From an uncultured Ruficoccus sp. (GTDB lineage: Bacteria; Verrucomicrobiota; Verrucomicrobiia; Opitutales; Cerasicoccaceae): a stretch of 64,000 bases of DNA. The notes under the pieces are model-generated. The model searched no databases and was not told the DNA's origin. It saw only the letters and a program-made list of their open reading frames with translations. The stretch is taken from positions 640,001-704,000 of the forward strand of contig OZ223481.1 of assembly GCA_965140785.1 (NCBI GenBank), in the 5' to 3' direction. Made by a program: the position numbers and the translations under genes. Shown piece by piece: positions 61,660 through 64,000 of this stretch; within the stretch, counting starts at the first letter, position 1; the number at the start of each line of letters is the position of its first letter.

Positions 61660-63081
61660 ATGGACCCCATCATTTCGGTTTTGTTGTTTATTTTCGGTGC
61701 AATCGTGGGCGCCGGGGTGCTCTGGGCGGTCCTGAAGAAGGCCGCCGGGGACGCTCAGGACCGGATCCGTGCCGAGGGTGAGACCGAAAAAGCCCTCCTC
61801 TCCCAATCGCTGGAGCGTGCTCAGGCGGAGCTGGAGCAGGTGCGTGGCGAGTGGCAGGCCAAGAGCGTCGAGGTGTCCCGGCTGGCCGGGGATCTGCGCG
61901 AGAGCGAGACCCGCCGCGAAGCCGAGACCCAGGCCGCTCAGGAGAAGCTGGCCGTGATTGACCAGGCTGAAAAAAAGCTCCGCGAAGCCTTTCAGGCGCT
62001 CTCCGCCGACGCCCTGCGCAGCAACAACGAGAGCTTTCTCAAACTGGCTAAAGAGTCGCTGGAGAAGTTCCAGCAGGGGGCGCAGGGGGACCTGGAAAAG
62101 CGCCAGCTCGCCATCAACCAGCTCGTCAACCCGGTCAAGGAGTCGCTGCAAAAGGTGGACGAAAAAATCCACCTCTTGGAAAAAGCGCGGGTCGCCGCCT
62201 ACGAGGGCCTGCAGGAGCAGGTGCGCGGTCTGCTCACCGCCCAGCAGCACCTCGGCACCGAGACGCACAACCTCGTGCGCGCGCTGCGCGCCCCGCAGGT
62301 CCGGGGGCGCTGGGGCGAGATGCAACTGCGCCGCTGCGTGGAGTTCGCCGGGATGGTGGCGCACTGCGATTTCACCGAGCAGGAGAATGCCAGGACCGAC
62401 GAAGACCGCCGCCTGCGTCCGGACATGATCGTGCGCCTGCCCAATGGCCGCCAGATCATCGTCGATGCCAAGATGACCTTCGACGCCTTCGGGGAGGCCA
62501 TTCTGACCGAGGACGCCGACCGTCAGGTCGAGCTTTTCCAGAAACACGCCCGCCAGGTGCGCGACCAGGTCAAAAAACTCAGCGAAAAGGCCTACTGGCG
62601 CCAGTTCGAGTCCACACCGGAGTTTGTGGTGCTTTTTCTGCCGGCGGAGTCGTTTTTCAGCGCCGCGCTCGAACACGACAGCTCGCTCATCGACTACGGC
62701 TCCGAGCAGCGCGTCATCCTGGCCACACCGACGACCCTGATCGCCCTGCTCAAGGCCGTGGCCTACGGCTGGCGGCAGGAGGAAATCGCCCGCGAGGCTC
62801 GTGCCATCAGCGAACTGGGGCGCGACCTCTACACCCGCCTGGGCACGCTCGCCGGGTATTTCGAGGAGCTGCGCAAGGGGCTTGACCGCGCCGGGGACGC
62901 CTACAACAAGGCCGTCGCCTCGATGGAGTCGCGCGTCCTCGTGACCGCCCGCAAGTTCAAGGACCTGCACGTGGCACCGGACAGTGATATTCCCGACACC
63001 CAGCCGGTGGAGAAAGTTCTGCGCGAACCCCTGGCCGACGAATTACGCCTCCCCGACGGCGGGGATGCTCCCGAGACCTAA
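61660..63081 (+). CDS. rmuC: DNA recombination protein RmuC
   Basis: N-terminal TM + coiled coil, RGRWGEMQL, RPDMIVRLP, IVDAK, LSEKAYW, PEFVVLFLPAE, ATPTTLIALL. Confidence 0.95.
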   Translation: MDPIISVLLFIFGAIVGAGVLWAVLKKAAGDAQDRIRAEGETEKALLSQSLERAQAELEQVRGEWQAKSVEVSRLAGDLRESETRREAETQAAQEKLAVIDQAEKKLREAFQALSADALRSNNESFLKLAKESLEKFQQGAQGDLEKRQLAINQLVNPVKESLQKVDEKIHLLEKARVAAYEGLQEQVRGLLTAQQHLGTETHNLVRALRAPQVRGRWGEMQLRRCVEFAGMVAHCDFTEQENARTDEDRRLRPDMIVRLPNGRQIIVDAKMTFDAFGEAILTEDADRQVELFQKHARQVRDQVKKLSEKAYWRQFESTPEFVVLFLPAESFFSAALEHDSSLIDYGSEQRVILATPTTLIALLKAVAYGWRQEEIAREARAISELGRDLYTRLGTLAGYFEELRKGLDRAGDAYNKAVASMESRVLVTARKFKDLHVAPDSDIPDTQPVEKVLREPLADELRLPDGGDAPET

Positions 63082-63102
63082 GGACTCTTTTCAGTTTATC
63101 CA

Positions 63103-63516
63103 GTGATGGCCAAACGCGTACTGATTTTTATTTCATTTGTACTCTGCCTGACGATAGGAACGGCGCTTGGGGCTTACCTCGGCGCGTTGAAAGTACGGTA
63201 CGATGCCACCCAGGCCGCCCGCAATGCGGCCCGGAATTTTTTCAACACTCCGGTGTTGGGTAGCAACTACCGCGAAGGTGACCAAGTCTTCATCCGCCCG
63301 GATATCCCCCTTCCGGCAGGCTTCGTGCTCGCCGTGCCCGCGGATACGGAAAAGATACGTATTCAGGTTGGCGGACCGAGCGAGACTGTGCTTGCGTACT
63401 GCCAGCCGGTTTACGGCGAAGATAATTACGTGTTTCTCTATACAAACGGTATTGTCATAACCGGGCCAGGTACCGCGTTGACACGTGCTTCCGCGCCTGA
63501 GCTATCCGTCCGCTAG
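63103..63516 (+). CDS. hypothetical protein with N-terminal TM/signal
   Basis: 137-aa ORF co-oriented between rmuC and the Smr gene. Confidence 0.55.
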   Translation: MMAKRVLIFISFVLCLTIGTALGAYLGALKVRYDATQAARNAARNFFNTPVLGSNYREGDQVFIRPDIPLPAGFVLAVPADTEKIRIQVGGPSETVLAYCQPVYGEDNYVFLYTNGIVITGPGTALTRASAPELSVR

Positions 63517-63552
63517 CTATCAAAACGCCCCTCCTAAATTTATAACCCTCTC

Positions 63553-63825
63553 ATGGACGACGACCCTGTAGAAGTACCCATCACCGATCAGCTCGACCTG
63601 CACACCTTTCGTCCGCAGGAAGTGGGCGAGCTGCTGCCCGCTTATCTGGAGGCCTGCCTCGAAAAGGGTTTTACGCGGGTGCGCATCATCCACGGCAAGG
63701 GGACCGGCACCCTTCGCGAAACCGTCCACGCCTGCCTGCGCAAGCTCGATTACGTGACCGGGTTCCGCCTGGCCGACGAGACCGCCGGCTCCTGGGGCGC
63801 AACCTGGGTCGAGTTAAAGCAGTGA
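63553..63825 (+). CDS. stand-alone Smr/MutS2 domain protein
   Basis: LDLHTF, VRIIHGKGTGTLR, GSWGATWV. Confidence 0.93.
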   Translation: MDDDPVEVPITDQLDLHTFRPQEVGELLPAYLEACLEKGFTRVRIIHGKGTGTLRETVHACLRKLDYVTGFRLADETAGSWGATWVELKQ

Positions 63826-64000
63826 GGGTTTTCCGGGCTTACGCAGCCCGGACCTGCGGTGCGTGACCGCACAGGACATGGAGGGGGCGAGCCCCCGCGC
63901 CGCCAGAACGACAGTTGTCCCTTGAATGCTCGACCAGCCAACCCGCGCAGCCCGGGGCAGGAGCCTTTTGGCTCTGATGGGGCAAATGCTGGTCCAGCCG

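Noticed and set aside
61660..63825. rmuC, small ORF and Smr as an anti-phage nuclease system
   Set aside because: Both are common housekeeping genes; no defence-island context or mobile elements nearby.

Overview
GC-rich bacterial chromosome segment. Gene content points to Verrucomicrobiota, probably Opitutales (inference): PEP-CTERM and prepilin/H-X9-DG proteins, long GreA, insertion-type IspG. Most of it is housekeeping: infC, fabV, uvrB, sucCD, rph, uppS-cdsA-dxr-rseP-ispG, folE2, a UvrD/PcrA helicase, greA, rsmB, coaD, pgsA/pgpA, rlmH, metX, yebC, rpmH-rnpA-yidD-yidC, aroQ, pilT, rbsK, SRAP, patB/malY, rmuC and Smr. I recognised no rRNA, tRNA, CRISPR array, transposase or prophage. Six genes are broken by apparent +1 insertions (at least 7 in uvrB), most likely long-read consensus errors. 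Best candidates for an undescribed system: (1) 41.9-44.9 kb, two paralogous secreted proteins with a non-canonical VPFDPG-CTERM sorting tail, each behind a sigma-28-type promoter, flanking a gene resembling the cyanoexosortase-A-associated HpsJ family; (2) 52.9-55.7 kb, a three-gene His-rich surface-protein/prepilin operon behind tandem TGCAA-N5-TTGCA boxes, possibly for metal (Zn) scavenging. Also seen: a shared C-terminal 'DLxxW...F(Y/F)R' domain on unrelated secreted proteins, a GTAG-type REP family with compensatory stem changes, hairpin-dense spacers, and a (CCAATGA)12 tandem repeat. All family assignments come from motif recognition by eye, with no database search.
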